A DNA stretch of 64,000 nucleotides from a virus (IMGVR_UViG_3300036944_000513:37644-101643), one strand, 5' to 3'; shown: positions 1-9,078, counted from the first letter of the stretch. A program made the numbers and translations. The notes: generated by a model not told the origin, from the letters alone.

Positions 1-683
1 ACGTCATCCATTCGTAAAACTCTAACTTCACCACCACCAGCACTTGTGGCAGCAACACGACTCATCCATTGTTCCAGATATTTAATCTTCTGAGTCAATG
101 CATTAATTTCTAACTTAGTAGTATCAAGTTCTTCTTCTACGTTATCATCTGCTCTGTCCGCAATAAACTTAGAAGCAACATCAACTAAAGTATCAATCTT
201 CTCAGGTACAACAGGCTCTACAATTTCTTCTACGGTATCAACAATAACTTCTTCTACGGGTAAACTAGTAAAGAACTCAGTTAATTCCTCTAATGAAGGC
301 GGTGTAGGATAAGAAATCTCTTTAGTTTCAACCAGAGGTACAATAACATCTTCAAATTCTAAATTAACAACATCACTTAAAGATGGTGGTTTTGGATAAG
401 AAGCCTTAGTTTCTTCTATAATCTGCACACGTTTAGCAGCAGTACCAAAGTCTTTAGAGAAATTGGAACGAATAGAAGATTTAAGTTTTTCTTGAATACT
501 ATTATAACGATCAATCTCAGCAACAATTTTAGGATCAGGAACTTCACCAAATTGCTTTGCTAGATTAACTAGTAGTATTTTTTCTTTGATGTTATCTTTA
601 ATGGACACGATGTAAAGGGAATTAGAATTAATTCTATATTTATTAGAATAGAAAACTCTAGAATCATCCTTTACACACCACAT
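1..683 (-). CDS. hypothetical protein, 3' end truncated by the window edge (acidic, PP/E-rich repeats)
   Basis: Open minus-strand frame from the ATG at 683 to position 1 with no stop. It has protein-like composition but is absent from the ORF track because it is incomplete. Confidence 0.45.
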   Translation of the reverse strand, partial: MWCVKDDSRVFYSNKYRINSNSLYIVSIKDNIKEKILLVNLAKQFGEVPDPKIVAEIDRYNSIQEKLKSSIRSNFSKDFGTAAKRVQIIEETKASYPKPPSLSDVVNLEFEDVIVPLVETKEISYPTPPSLEELTEFFTSLPVEEVIVDTVEEIVEPVVPEKIDTLVDVASKFIADRADDNVEEELDTTKLEINALTQKIKYLEQWMSRVAATSAGGGEVRVLRMDD

Positions 684-847
684 AGCGAATTTAACACAGG
701 TGTCAATACAAGTCAATACATAAAGCCCCATTGTCTTTCTATTTCATATAAAGCCTTTTTTTGACGATTTTTTTGGCGGGAAATTTTTTCCAGAAAATCG
801 AGTCCACCTCTTTTTTCAGATTTAAGGGGTAGGGTGCTAAATAAAGA

Positions 848-1441
848 ATGATTAAAACTGACCCTATAGCATACTCCGCATACCCACAGGATTGCCACCT
901 GTATAATAAACTAGCACTGTCACGCATCCTTGGCTATACATGTGGCACAGGACATATTCCTTATAGCGGAACATGGATTGTACGCCCAATAATCAATCTA
1001 GATGGAATGGGACTTGGTGCTGTTATAAAACACTATGAGTATGGTGAAAGTATACCAGAAGGAATGTTCTACAGTGAAGTCTTTAAAGGTAGACATATCA
1101 CGATAGACTATGAGAGAAAAGGCAATGTATGGAAACAAACAGATACATTTGAAGGATTCAATACGCCAGATAATCTAATCCAGTTTAGTCACTGGAAGCG
1201 CGTAGAATTCCCATACCATTTGCCGCTGCTATTACGCTCAGTAGAAGCAAAGCATATCAACATAGAAATTATAGATGGAAATATAATTGAAGTGCATCTA
1301 CGTAGAAATCCAGATCCAGTAATGTATGATGAATTTTGGCCCATCTGGTTAGAAGATCAGAAGCCATTTGATGGATATAAGAGAATCGTAGACGTAGAAG
1401 ATCACATTGGGAGACTTGGATTCTACGTGCCAGCTTCTTAG
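848..1441 (+). CDS. ATP-grasp-like protein (putative)
   Basis: 197 aa; the motif IVRPIINLDGMGLG resembles the ATP-grasp KPxxGSxGxGV loop and IIEVHLRRNP resembles the ATP-grasp E-x-N motif. It is the only plus-strand gene in the region and lies immediately upstream of the iteron array. Confidence 0.45.
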   Translation: MIKTDPIAYSAYPQDCHLYNKLALSRILGYTCGTGHIPYSGTWIVRPIINLDGMGLGAVIKHYEYGESIPEGMFYSEVFKGRHITIDYERKGNVWKQTDTFEGFNTPDNLIQFSHWKRVEFPYHLPLLLRSVEAKHINIEIIDGNIIEVHLRRNPDPVMYDEFWPIWLEDQKPFDGYKRIVDVEDHIGRLGFYVPAS

Positions 1442-1522
1442 AATTACTATGGTATTGGAGAGAAATTTACTATGGTATAGCAGAAAAGGGTGATGGGGAT
1501 AGACTTAGAAGCACCATAGGAT

Positions 1523-1600
1523 GGGCGTAGAGAAGGCGTAGAAGAGCCGCAGTATAGACGTAGAATTGACGTAGAATTGACGTAGAAGGTTTAGAAGTAT
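1523..1600. repeat. iteron-like array: seven 11-bp-periodic copies of (A/G)CGTAGAA
   Basis: gcgtagagaag gcgtagaagag ccgcagtatag acgtagaattg acgtagaattg acgtagaaggt ttagaagtata, in a 250-bp non-coding stretch. Confidence 0.7.
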
Positions 1601-1808
1601 AAAGGTTAAAAGATGTTAAAAATAGGGTGGCACTAAACCCGCCAAAAACGACCCCACCCCGAAATTTCAAAAATGCAGGAGGGTTGTCTTTTTGGCAACT
1701 ATTACCACAATAAAAACCCCACGACCTGTGGGGCTTCTACGTCTCTTTTTTACAACAAAATATATATTTTTTTCTGTTGTATTTTCACCACAGTTCTACG
1801 TTGTATTT

Positions 1809-2048
1809 TTACAACATAGCCTTGAGTTCAGCCTTAACGCGCCGCGCAGTCTCCCCACGGTACGTCCCAGCGTTACCCAGAAAATACGACACCACGGAGC
1901 GCCCAGAATCAAGGCCGTAGGCGTCACTGATGGACTCTAGCCCCATCATGGCATCAAGGTAGGGCTTGGCACTGTAGTGTACCTTAGCGCCCCAATCACG
2001 GCGAATCTCACGGGCAATCGTAGAAATGGTTCGGGAAATGGTTTGCAT
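1809..2048 (-). CDS. hypothetical protein (GC-rich)
   Basis: 79-aa ORF with ATG and an AGGAAC SD; local GC is clearly above the window average. Confidence 0.45.
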   Translation of the reverse strand: MQTISRTISTIAREIRRDWGAKVHYSAKPYLDAMMGLESISDAYGLDSGRSVVSYFLGNAGTYRGETARRVKAELKAML

Positions 2049-2087
2049 TTTATCGTTCCTAATATGGTTGTGAATATGGATTATCGT

Positions 2088-2396
2088 TTAGGCGCGAACA
2101 GTTTGCATATTGATAACTGAATTAAATTCGTTCATGAATGGTGTGTCATCAGTGGCCGACACTGTTTCATCATTCTCGCAGCCGAATGGTATAACCAAAG
2201 CCAACCCCACAGTTTTGCCCGCTGCGTCACGTATGGTCAATCCAGCTTCTTCTACGCTCTCAATGGCTTCAATGATGGCCTTGTAGTCGCTGCTACGCTT
2301 TGCGGCGTAGGCTTCGCCGTCATACACAGAAATGGTGAAATTACGCTCCAGAGCCATGTTGACCAGAGTGATGTAGGATTTTGGGAAGAATTTCAT
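2088..2396 (-). CDS. hypothetical protein (GC-rich)
   Basis: In-frame ATG at 2396 preceded by a PeSL-variant leader; 103 aa. Confidence 0.45.
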   Translation of the reverse strand: MKFFPKSYITLVNMALERNFTISVYDGEAYAAKRSSDYKAIIEAIESVEEAGLTIRDAAGKTVGLALVIPFGCENDETVSATDDTPFMNEFNSVINMQTVRA

Positions 2397-2475
2397 TTTG
2401 TAGTCCTTAGTGAGTAGAAGTCTAGTATAAGCGAAAAGCGATTCTTTGTGTAAATTATTTTGCAGTGTGTTGTAT

Positions 2476-2694
2476 TTACGCAACACACTCAGTGCGACGA
2501 TCAATATACCCTGCACCCTTACGAATCTCAGCAGCCCAGTCGCTGTTAAAAACAATGTCGCGGATTACAACCGAGTAGCCAGCAATTTTATGGTTGCAAT
2601 ATGCGTCAAATGCTTGATCGTAAGTATCAAATTCCATGATGCCGTTTTCAAGGGTTTCAACGCAGGCATAAGAGAGAAAGTAGTTGCAGATCAT
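2476..2694 (-). CDS. hypothetical protein
   Basis: 72-aa ORF with an ATG start downstream of a PeSL-variant cassette. Confidence 0.4.
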   Translation of the reverse strand: MICNYFLSYACVETLENGIMEFDTYDQAFDAYCNHKIAGYSVVIRDIVFNSDWAAEIRKGAGYIDRRTECVA

Positions 2695-2792
2695 TTTAGA
2701 GTTCCTTGTTGGTAGGACTCTAGTATATCAAAAAACAGCCCTTCTACGTAGAAATTTACAAATATATTTGCACTGTTGTTTCTACGTCACAC

Positions 2793-2996
2793 TCAAAAAT
2801 ATTCATTGACATTTGCCGAACGATCCCGTAACTTCTCAGCCTGCTTGATTCTACGTTTAAGCGCATCAATCTCAAAGTCAATACGTTTGTCTTTTTGGCG
2901 AATCTCATCACGTTGGTCAATGAGTGCATTCAGTTCGTCGTACAGTTCTTCAATGTTTTTCATAATGTTAATCGTTGTCAAGGTTGATAAGGTCAT
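2793..2996 (-). CDS. hypothetical coiled-coil protein
   Basis: 67 aa with charged heptad-like sequence. Confidence 0.35.
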   Translation of the reverse strand: MTLSTLTTINIMKNIEELYDELNALIDQRDEIRQKDKRIDFEIDALKRRIKQAEKLRDRSANVNEYF

Positions 2997-3348
2997 CTTT
3001 TGGTTCTACGTATGCAACAGGCTGATTCCACAGCAATTGCACAATGTTATCAGAATGTATACTATTTTGCGTACAGAAATCAATGGCAAGTTGTCTACGT
3101 ATAAACAAATGGGGAACAAAGTCACCCTGATGATTCCTAACAGTATAACCAGCAAATTTAATCATAGTATAAAACGTAGAAACCCATGGAATAATCCAGT
3201 GATAAAACCAGTGAATGCCACAAGTATAATTAGATCAGTGAATGACATAGTTACCATAAGTATAATATTAGAGTTTCTCATTATCGCCCACATGGCGATT
3301 ATTACATAGAGTCAATAGAATGTCAATAGAATCTTTGTAGTGTTGTAT

Positions 3349-3558
3349 TTACGCAACAGAGTCAATTTCGTATACTTCTTCGTCCTCGCAGCCAATCCAC
3401 GTAGAATTAATTGAAGGCCCACCAAAGCCGTGAACGTACTCAGTGGTGACATTGTATTCAGATTCGCCAGTACCAGCGAGTTCCATTGCTTCATGCTTAG
3501 AATCAGCTTCGACTTCGATTTCTACGACGAAATACTGACGAACAATATAAGTAGCCAT
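3349..3558 (-). CDS. hypothetical protein, MATY(I/Y)V...VEVEA(D/E)SK family
   Basis: In-frame ATG at 3558 (MATYIVRQYF...); paralogous to 9755..9946; preceded by a PeSL-variant leader. Confidence 0.5.
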   Translation of the reverse strand: MATYIVRQYFVVEIEVEADSKHEAMELAGTGESEYNVTTEYVHGFGGPSINSTWIGCEDEEVYEIDSVA

Positions 3559-3827
3559 TTTGATATCCTTTGTTGGTAGAATTACAGTATAACACAAAAG
3601 TCAATATTCAGCGTTGTTTTCGCGCAACATTTACGTAGAATAACCTGTCAAGCATTTCGTGGTATAAAAGAGACACATTGACGTAGAATCTTATATAAGT
3701 AATGGCTTATTCAATTGTTTAGTTAAATAGTTAAATAGTTTAATAAGCAAAGACTTATACTTCAAAAACGCCTTATTTATACTACTAAATTCTAGGCCCA
3801 TTTGCACAATTTACCACTTTCACCCAC

Positions 3828-4115
3828 TTATTCTACGTTATTGCCCCGAGTTTTCTTTTTACGAATATTTTCATATAATTTCCATAGTATCGCCCATAAT
3901 GGTAATTGCTTTTCTTTTTCTACGTAGTATTTTCCCTCAATGCCGCATGGATTCTGTGGTATTCTATACCCAAAAACATTTTCCCTATGGTCTGAGCACT
4001 TATAATATACTTTATTACCATTAACCGGATTAGAATACATTGCAGTATACTTGCATATTTCAGTACCGCCACTCATGGAATAATAATACTTACAGTTTAT
4101 ACAGAATTTGCTCAT
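3828..4115 (-). CDS. hypothetical Cys-rich protein
   Basis: 95 aa with multiple CxxC pairs; ATGA stop/start overlap with the upstream gene. Confidence 0.45.
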   Translation of the reverse strand: MSKFCINCKYYYSMSGGTEICKYTAMYSNPVNGNKVYYKCSDHRENVFGYRIPQNPCGIEGKYYVEKEKQLPLWAILWKLYENIRKKKTRGNNVE

Positions 4116-4714
4116 TTTATTCCCTTATAAAATACGTGTGCCCCAGCCGTTGCTACTAATGCGGTTTTATCCCCCCATTTTGGTTGCACGTATGTTGCAT
4201 GATAATGTAGTATTTTAGTTGATGCCAATGGTTCTACGCGCATACCTTCACGCATCATGCCTGTTGCAATGGTCATATAATAGTCTTGCTGCTTTGCTGA
4301 CCAATTGACCACTTTCTTTTCCAGTGTCCAAGAGAATTGTGCCTTAGCAAACACCACTTTGCACATGCTAGAACCCCAATTCCCGGCCTTTAAACGGTTG
4401 ATGTGTACCTGACCCACTGCATACTGGTCTTGGGGCTTCTGGTTGCCTGCTTCCCTGAATATAGAGTATGCCAGACACTTTACATCTTTATTTGTTTGTC
4501 CCTTGATTGGAGTATATCCGGGCTGTATATCATCATCAGTTATACTATGCAGTTTAGCTTTAACTGGTTTTTGTACCGGCTTTTTAAACATTGCATCTAA
4601 TTTGGCTGTGATATCTTTTGATAATGCAAATTCTTTTGCGGTTTCTGTCCACATAGCATTTGCTGTTGTGCATACTAATGCAGATAATAATACTGTTAAT
4701 TTAATAGTTATCAT
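4112..4714 (-). CDS. secreted SleB/CwlJ-like cell-wall hydrolase
   Basis: N-terminal signal peptide (MITIKLTVLLSALVCTTANA); motifs CLAYSIFREAG and GQVHINR are typical of the SleB (Hydrolase_2) family. Confidence 0.6.
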   Translation of the reverse strand: MITIKLTVLLSALVCTTANAMWTETAKEFALSKDITAKLDAMFKKPVQKPVKAKLHSITDDDIQPGYTPIKGQTNKDVKCLAYSIFREAGNQKPQDQYAVGQVHINRLKAGNWGSSMCKVVFAKAQFSWTLEKKVVNWSAKQQDYYMTIATGMMREGMRVEPLASTKILHYHATYVQPKWGDKTALVATAGAHVFYKGIK

Positions 4715-4952
4715 GGTTTTTTACCGCTTTATCCATATCATCATAGATTCGGTCATAATCTTCTTGAGTTATCTTTTTTTCTAACCACTTCGCTGGCTTT
4801 CCCTTTGTGGTCAGCACTTCAAAAGTATTATCATTGATATAGTCGCCGAATGAAGTAATCTCAATGATGCAGGGAATTCCTTGGATTTTAGAATCAAACG
4901 GTATCATTTGGTTATACTTTGAAAAACGATTTAATCTGATCTGATGCGGCAT
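4701..4952 (-). CDS. hypothetical protein
   Basis: 83-aa ORF. Confidence 0.4.
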   Translation of the reverse strand: MPHQIRLNRFSKYNQMIPFDSKIQGIPCIIEITSFGDYINDNTFEVLTTKGKPAKWLEKKITQEDYDRIYDDMDKAVKNHDNY

Positions 4953-5166
4953 TTAATACTGCACTATCGCCGCCTTCTACATCTTCCAAATTAGTATTGC
5001 GGACAATAGACGCGCATTGGGCAATGATTAACTCAGCGAATTTCTGAATTTGCTCTAATTGCGCTTGTTCTGTTTGAGTTAACGCATTAACCGTGCCATA
5101 GTGGTTCAGCGCGATGACTGACCCAAATTTGGCTTGTAGAGCAAGTTGTTTGATTTGCTGGTTCAT
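4912..5166 (-). CDS. MNxRIKELAEQAG / FAELIVKEC / FGVEE family small protein (paralog)
   Basis: In-frame ATG at 5166 directly after the PeSL leader ...CACTTCAAG-ATG; sequence MNQQIKQLALQAKFG...KFAELIIAQCA...SFFKV. Confidence 0.55.
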   Translation of the reverse strand: MNQQIKQLALQAKFGSVIALNHYGTVNALTQTEQAQLEQIQKFAELIIAQCASIVRNTNLEDVEGGDSAVLNAASDQIKSFFKV

Positions 5167-5257
5167 CTTGAAGTGTCTTTTCGTTGCGATAACTGATTGT
5201 AACCGATTTTCTGGGTGAAACACCAAAATATTTTTTAGTGTCTCTTTTTTACAACAG
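5167..5257 (-). promoter_or_regulatory. PeSL-like early promoter cassette
   Basis: Conserved TTGTTGCGATAACTGATTGTAACCGAT (plus strand; equals -10 TACAAT plus leader on the minus strand) and a TGTTGTAAAAAAGAGACAC box at the upstream stop codon. Confidence 0.6.
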
Positions 5258-5482
5258 TTATACTCCGAAAAACTCTTTGATTTTGTTTTGTACCTGAGTT
5301 GCTGCCGCATACGTCAATTCCGAATCTTCATCACGCAATACGTCCCTGACGCATTCAGTGGCGTGATTTATAATTAACTCAGCGAATTTATTACTGTCAA
5401 AGCCTGATGTAAGTAATTCACCGTTGATGCCGTGAATTTCAATCTGACATTGGTCAGCGAGTTCTTGGATTCTATTTTGCAT
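5258..5482 (-). CDS. MNxRIKELAEQAG / FAELIVKEC / FGVEE family small protein (paralog)
   Basis: MQNRIQELADQCQ...KFAELIINHATEC...EFFGV. Confidence 0.55.
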   Translation of the reverse strand: MQNRIQELADQCQIEIHGINGELLTSGFDSNKFAELIINHATECVRDVLRDEDSELTYAAATQVQNKIKEFFGV

Positions 5483-5483
5483 A

Positions 5484-5927
5484 TTAGTCCACGTAGAATT
5501 TAAATACTGCCAGAATGCGTGTGCCCGCTTTCATGCGTCCGGTATCAACTAATTGACCATTTTCGACTACCGTAGCATGACCGCGCACAATCACGATAAA
5601 CTTACCAAAAGGATTAGCTTCCATGAACGATTTGATGGTCATACTTTTGTCATGGAATACACCGCTGATTTTGCGATACTTTGCCCAAATCACAGTTTTT
5701 GCGCCGTAGAATTCGGTGCTGATTGCGCCGTTACGCTTATAGCATTCGATCACGTTTTCTATGGTCATACCGCGATTTTTGGTGCGGTATTTCATGGTAG
5801 CTTTGTGCGCTTCTGGGTACTCGATTTCCAGAGCATTTGCCAATGCACGAACTGTGCAGTCACGGGTTTCGCTGATGCCGTGAGAGGAAGGATTTTCACC
5901 GCGAGAGACTGGAGCAATGTAGGCCAT
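5484..5927 (-). CDS. hypothetical protein (GC-rich island)
   Basis: 147 aa; start directly after a PeSL cassette. Confidence 0.5.
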   Translation of the reverse strand: MAYIAPVSRGENPSSHGISETRDCTVRALANALEIEYPEAHKATMKYRTKNRGMTIENVIECYKRNGAISTEFYGAKTVIWAKYRKISGVFHDKSMTIKSFMEANPFGKFIVIVRGHATVVENGQLVDTGRMKAGTRILAVFKFYVD

Positions 5928-6019
5928 AATTCAGTACCGTTTTTTGTTGCGATAAGGTATTGTAACCGATTTTCGGGGTCTTTTTACAGTTTCCCCGAAA
6001 ATATTTCTAACCGTTGTTT
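5928..6019 (-). promoter_or_regulatory. PeSL-like early promoter cassette
   Basis: Box GTTGCTTAAAAACAAC overlaps the upstream stop codon; a 10-bp-stem hairpin ATTTTCGGGG/CCCCGAAAAT carries TGTAAAAA in its loop; -10 TACAAT; leader TTATCGCAACAAAAAAC. Confidence 0.65.
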
Positions 6020-6850
6020 TTAAGCAACTTCTGCAACTTCCACTTGCTTTTTGTACGATAAGCGAGTAATGATGGTCTGATTCACGCCATCATAGACATT
6101 GTGTTCTTTAACGCTGAATGAAGCGGTCTCAAATGCCTCATACGCGGGTTCGCCGTTAGTGGTGTACCAAGTCAACACATTGCCCTCTGCGGTCTCCAAT
6201 TTGACCACATAGCGCGTCAGAAAGGGGTAGAAATCAGTCTTACCAATTGCAAAGCAGGCGGTCACGCGAACCTGAGCATCTTTAACACGTTTGCCAATTT
6301 GACCAACGTGTTTGCTGTTGGCGCGTTGGGCTTCGATGCGCTCAGTGGCTGCAAAGCTGGACGCTACGGCGCTGGCGTGGCGGTCAGTCAATCGCCCCCA
6401 CAATGCCAAGCTGGCTTGCGAATCGAGCAAGAACTGATTGATGCCATTGTATGCGCGTAAACGCGCCACTAATGCCGCATTCCCATTGCGCCATTGCTCG
6501 GTGGCTTCCAAGCGAGTGTGCAGGCGCTCAAGGCGTTCTGCTGCCACTTTTGCAGCGCGTTGCTCACGGCGTACAACTGCACCAGCTTCGCGGCGGGATT
6601 TGATGTTGGCTTTGCGAACCGTATCAAAATCTTCAATCATTCCCGTTTTTTCTACGCAGTCGCAGCCAACATGAAAATGTGCGCCATCAGTGGATTTGAT
6701 TTGATACGCCCAGCGAATTCCAGTACCGCAATACTGACAAGCGCCACCGGCCTTAGATTCACCACCGGGCATAGTGAACACCATTTCTTCTACGCCAATG
6801 CACCGAAAAGGTGCTTTACCGAGACCAGCTTTTTCAAAGGGGTGTGTCAT
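6020..6850 (-). CDS. hypothetical Cys/His-rich (zinc-binding?) protein (GC-rich island)
   Basis: 276 aa with CQYCGTG...HFHVGCDC and an Arg/Ala-rich coiled middle; elevated GC. Confidence 0.5.
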   Translation of the reverse strand: MTHPFEKAGLGKAPFRCIGVEEMVFTMPGGESKAGGACQYCGTGIRWAYQIKSTDGAHFHVGCDCVEKTGMIEDFDTVRKANIKSRREAGAVVRREQRAAKVAAERLERLHTRLEATEQWRNGNAALVARLRAYNGINQFLLDSQASLALWGRLTDRHASAVASSFAATERIEAQRANSKHVGQIGKRVKDAQVRVTACFAIGKTDFYPFLTRYVVKLETAEGNVLTWYTTNGEPAYEAFETASFSVKEHNVYDGVNQTIITRLSYKKQVEVAEVA

Positions 6851-6924
6851 AATGTCAGTACCAATTTTGTTGCGATAAAGAATTGTAACCGATAAATCAG
6901 AGTAAAAGTGCAGTTGTAGTAAAT
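6851..6924 (-). promoter_or_regulatory. PeSL-like early promoter cassette
   Basis: AATTTTGTTGCGATAAAGAATTGTAACCGATAAATCAGAG...AAATTTACAACAA. Confidence 0.6.
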
Positions 6925-7227
6925 TTACAACAATTCTGCTGGAATATCAACTTCTTCGCCCAGCTTGGACGCTACGTAGCAGCGCATTGCTGCAATCAGG
7001 GGTGTGGGGCCGTCCTCTTGATACAGCGGTGTGTCAAGGTCTGTCGAGTCTTGCGTTGTAGCTGTCCAGCAGTCGTGCTTGGGGTGCGTCAGCACAATGA
7101 TCTCCCTTTCAATGATCGGGCCGCCGTGTGACCAATTGGTGGAGGGACTGAAATAGCCCCAAACATTCGCTTCGATCTTTGCCACCGCCCAGTCAAGGGC
7201 AATGTCTGTTAGTTCTGATGTTTTCAT
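6925..7227 (-). CDS. hypothetical protein (GC-rich island)
   Basis: 100-aa ORF. Confidence 0.5.
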   Translation of the reverse strand: MKTSELTDIALDWAVAKIEANVWGYFSPSTNWSHGGPIIEREIIVLTHPKHDCWTATTQDSTDLDTPLYQEDGPTPLIAAMRCYVASKLGEEVDIPAELL

Positions 7228-7328
7228 AATGTCAGTACCAATTTTGTTGCGATAACTGATTGTAAGCGATTTCCGAGACTTTTTTAACTTTTTTACAGAA
7301 ATATTTTTTCTGTTGTTTTTTTGCTACT
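7228..7328 (-). promoter_or_regulatory. PeSL-like early promoter cassette
   Basis: The same conserved core is present, with a G in place of C in the TTGTAACCGAT element (TTGTAAGCGAT). Confidence 0.6.
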
Positions 7329-7637
7329 TTAGAAATTGTAGTCGTAGAATCGGCGTGGAGCATCAGCAAGACCGAATTTGCGACCATTGGCGTCTTTCCA
7401 AGTACCAGCTTTATTCAAACGAATACGAACAACCGGATTATTTTCATTTTGGGAAATAACCCACTTTTGCTCATTCTGATTAGTACAATGACCAGCAAAG
7501 CCGCCAACAACCCAATTCAATTCTACGCTTGCGTCTTTTTCGGCGTCCATTTCACGCACTTCAACGCATTTGTCGCTGATCTTGCGAACTACTTCGTAAG
7601 GATAAACATCAGAGTAACCGTATTGATTTGCGTACAT
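7329..7637 (-). CDS. hypothetical protein
   Basis: 102-aa ORF; leader ...ACTTCAAA-ATG. Confidence 0.5.
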   Translation of the reverse strand: MYANQYGYSDVYPYEVVRKISDKCVEVREMDAEKDASVELNWVVGGFAGHCTNQNEQKWVISQNENNPVVRIRLNKAGTWKDANGRKFGLADAPRRFYDYNF

Positions 7638-7740
7638 TTTGAAGTCCAGTTTTGTTGCGATAACTGATTCTAGTTGATTTTCAACTCTTTTTTACAAAAA
7701 AATAAAAAATAATTTATTCTGTTGTATTTTTACAACAACC
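7638..7740 (-). promoter_or_regulatory. PeSL-like early promoter cassette
   Basis: TTGAAGTCCAGTTTTGTTGCGATAACTGATTCTAGTTGA...TGTTGTATTTTTACAACAA. Confidence 0.6.
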
Positions 7741-7850
7741 ATAAAAAAACACACTGTAAGAATTGCACCCCCCAAGTTCCTACGCTTGGTTACGTCTAGG
7801 GGTTACAGACCGATTCGGCAGTCCTGCAAGAAATGTGTTTTTGTATGTAA

Positions 7851-7883
7851 AGACCCCACGCCATGCAGGGTCTTTGTTTTTGT
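7851..7883. terminator. hairpin terminator (GC stem agaccc/gggtct plus T-run)
   Basis: agaccccacgccatgcagggtct followed by ttgtttttgtg, just downstream of the end of 7885..8151. Confidence 0.4.
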
Positions 7884-7884
7884 G

Positions 7885-8151
7885 TTATACAATCACTGCG
7901 AGTTGATTTTCCATTGCTACCGAAATGATAGCATCACGATCAATTGCGCGATAGCCTTTTTTGGTCATGTCGTAAACGATAACGAATTTGTCAGCGTCCA
8001 ATGTAGACTGACCACCACGCAAATCTTTTGTCACACCAGTGCGGCAATTCATTTTGCGAATGCTACCGTCTTTTTTAACGAAATTCACTGTGAGAAATTT
8101 GCCCTTAGAGTTAGCAATTGCGGATGCGAGAGAGCGGGATACTGCGTTCAT
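7885..8151 (-). CDS. hypothetical protein
   Basis: 88-aa ORF; PeSL leader upstream. Confidence 0.5.
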   Translation of the reverse strand: MNAVSRSLASAIANSKGKFLTVNFVKKDGSIRKMNCRTGVTKDLRGGQSTLDADKFVIVYDMTKKGYRAIDRDAIISVAMENQLAVIV

Positions 8152-8242
8152 TTTGAAGTCCTGTTTTGTTGTCGATAAGTAATTATAAGCGATTTCGGGG
8201 TCTTTTTACCGATTTCCCGAAAATAAATTTCTTTTGTTGTTT
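8152..8242 (-). promoter_or_regulatory. PeSL-like early promoter cassette
   Basis: TTGAAGTCCTGTTTTGTTGTCGATAAGTAATTATAAGCGAT...TTGTTGTTTTTAAGCAAC. Confidence 0.6.
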
Positions 8243-8440
8243 TTAAGCAACAGTCTCTTTGATAGTCACTTCTACGTCTTGTTTCAGTGCGCGAATCATG
8301 CAGTCCATTGCCACTCTGCCCGGAATTGCGTCGAGTTTACGATCAAATTGTCCGCTGTTAAGTTTGAGTTCGTCCACAATTCCAAATAAAATAGTCATTG
8401 CTTTGTGGGCTTCGATCAAGTCAAGTGAAGAAATTTTCAT
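8243..8440 (-). CDS. hypothetical protein
   Basis: In-frame ATG placed after the stop of the upstream gene; the longer track ORF overlaps 8451..8633. Confidence 0.3.
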   Translation of the reverse strand: MKISSLDLIEAHKAMTILFGIVDELKLNSGQFDRKLDAIPGRVAMDCMIRALKQDVEVTIKETVA

Positions 8441-8450
8441 TTTAGTCCAA

Positions 8451-8633
8451 TCAGCAAACTTGATGCAGTTTTTGGACTTCATCAAAATAAAAATCATACA
8501 GTTTAATGGCACTGCCCCAAACTGCCAGCTTCTTCGAATCATATTCGAATTGGTTGTTCCAAGTTTCCTCGTCATCCCACGTTGTGAGATCAACAACCTT
8601 GCCTTCGCGTAGATAGATGATGTAGTATTTCAT
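8451..8633 (-). CDS. hypothetical protein
   Basis: Canonical PeSL leader GGACTTCAAA-ATG at 8633; 60 aa. Confidence 0.5.
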   Translation of the reverse strand: MKYYIIYLREGKVVDLTTWDDEETWNNQFEYDSKKLAVWGSAIKLYDFYFDEVQKLHQVC

Positions 8634-8723
8634 TTTGAAGTCCTGTTTTGCCGTCGATAAGTAATTATAAGCGATTTTCAGGGAATTTTTAGAGTTCCCC
8701 GAAAATAAATTTAACTGTTGTTT
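8634..8723 (-). promoter_or_regulatory. PeSL-like early promoter cassette
   Basis: Conserved core plus hairpin CAGGGAA/TTCCCCG. Confidence 0.6.
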
Positions 8724-8987
8724 TTATGCAACTTCGTACATATAATTTTTAACGCTTGGGTCAAGTGCGATCAATTCTTTTACTGCGCCCATCAAAGCCT
8801 TATAATTCGCATTCACTTGGCTTGCAGACAATTCGCCGTCACAAGTGAGATTCTCAGGGCTCAAATCTGAATCAAGAGATTGTGCAATAGATTTGCGATC
8901 ATCCGCATTTTGAATACTAAGTTGCTTGGAACCAACCAATTTGGCAAATGCGTTCTTGCGGTCTACGTAGGCGGTGAGTTTAGACAT
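8724..8987 (-). CDS. hypothetical protein
   Basis: 87-aa ORF. Confidence 0.5.
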   Translation of the reverse strand: MSKLTAYVDRKNAFAKLVGSKQLSIQNADDRKSIAQSLDSDLSPENLTCDGELSASQVNANYKALMGAVKELIALDPSVKNYMYEVA

Positions 8988-9078
8988 TTTGCGAATCCGT
9001 TTTTTGTTGCGATAATGTATTCTAGTTGATTTTCAGGGAATTTTTACAGTTCCCCGAAAATAAATATTTCTGTTGTTT
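8988..9078 (-). promoter_or_regulatory. PeSL-like early promoter cassette
   Basis: Conserved core plus hairpin. Confidence 0.6.

Noticed and set aside
1523-1600. Tandem direct repeats considered as a CRISPR array
   Set aside because: The units are 11 bp and contiguous with no spacers. This fits iterons or protein-binding sites, not CRISPR.
3711-3736. 8-bp tandem AGTTAAAT x3 and a minus-strand TATAAATA at about 3773-3780
   Set aside because: It is short, in an AT-rich spacer, and no gene sits at a suitable distance downstream. It is noted but not called as a promoter.
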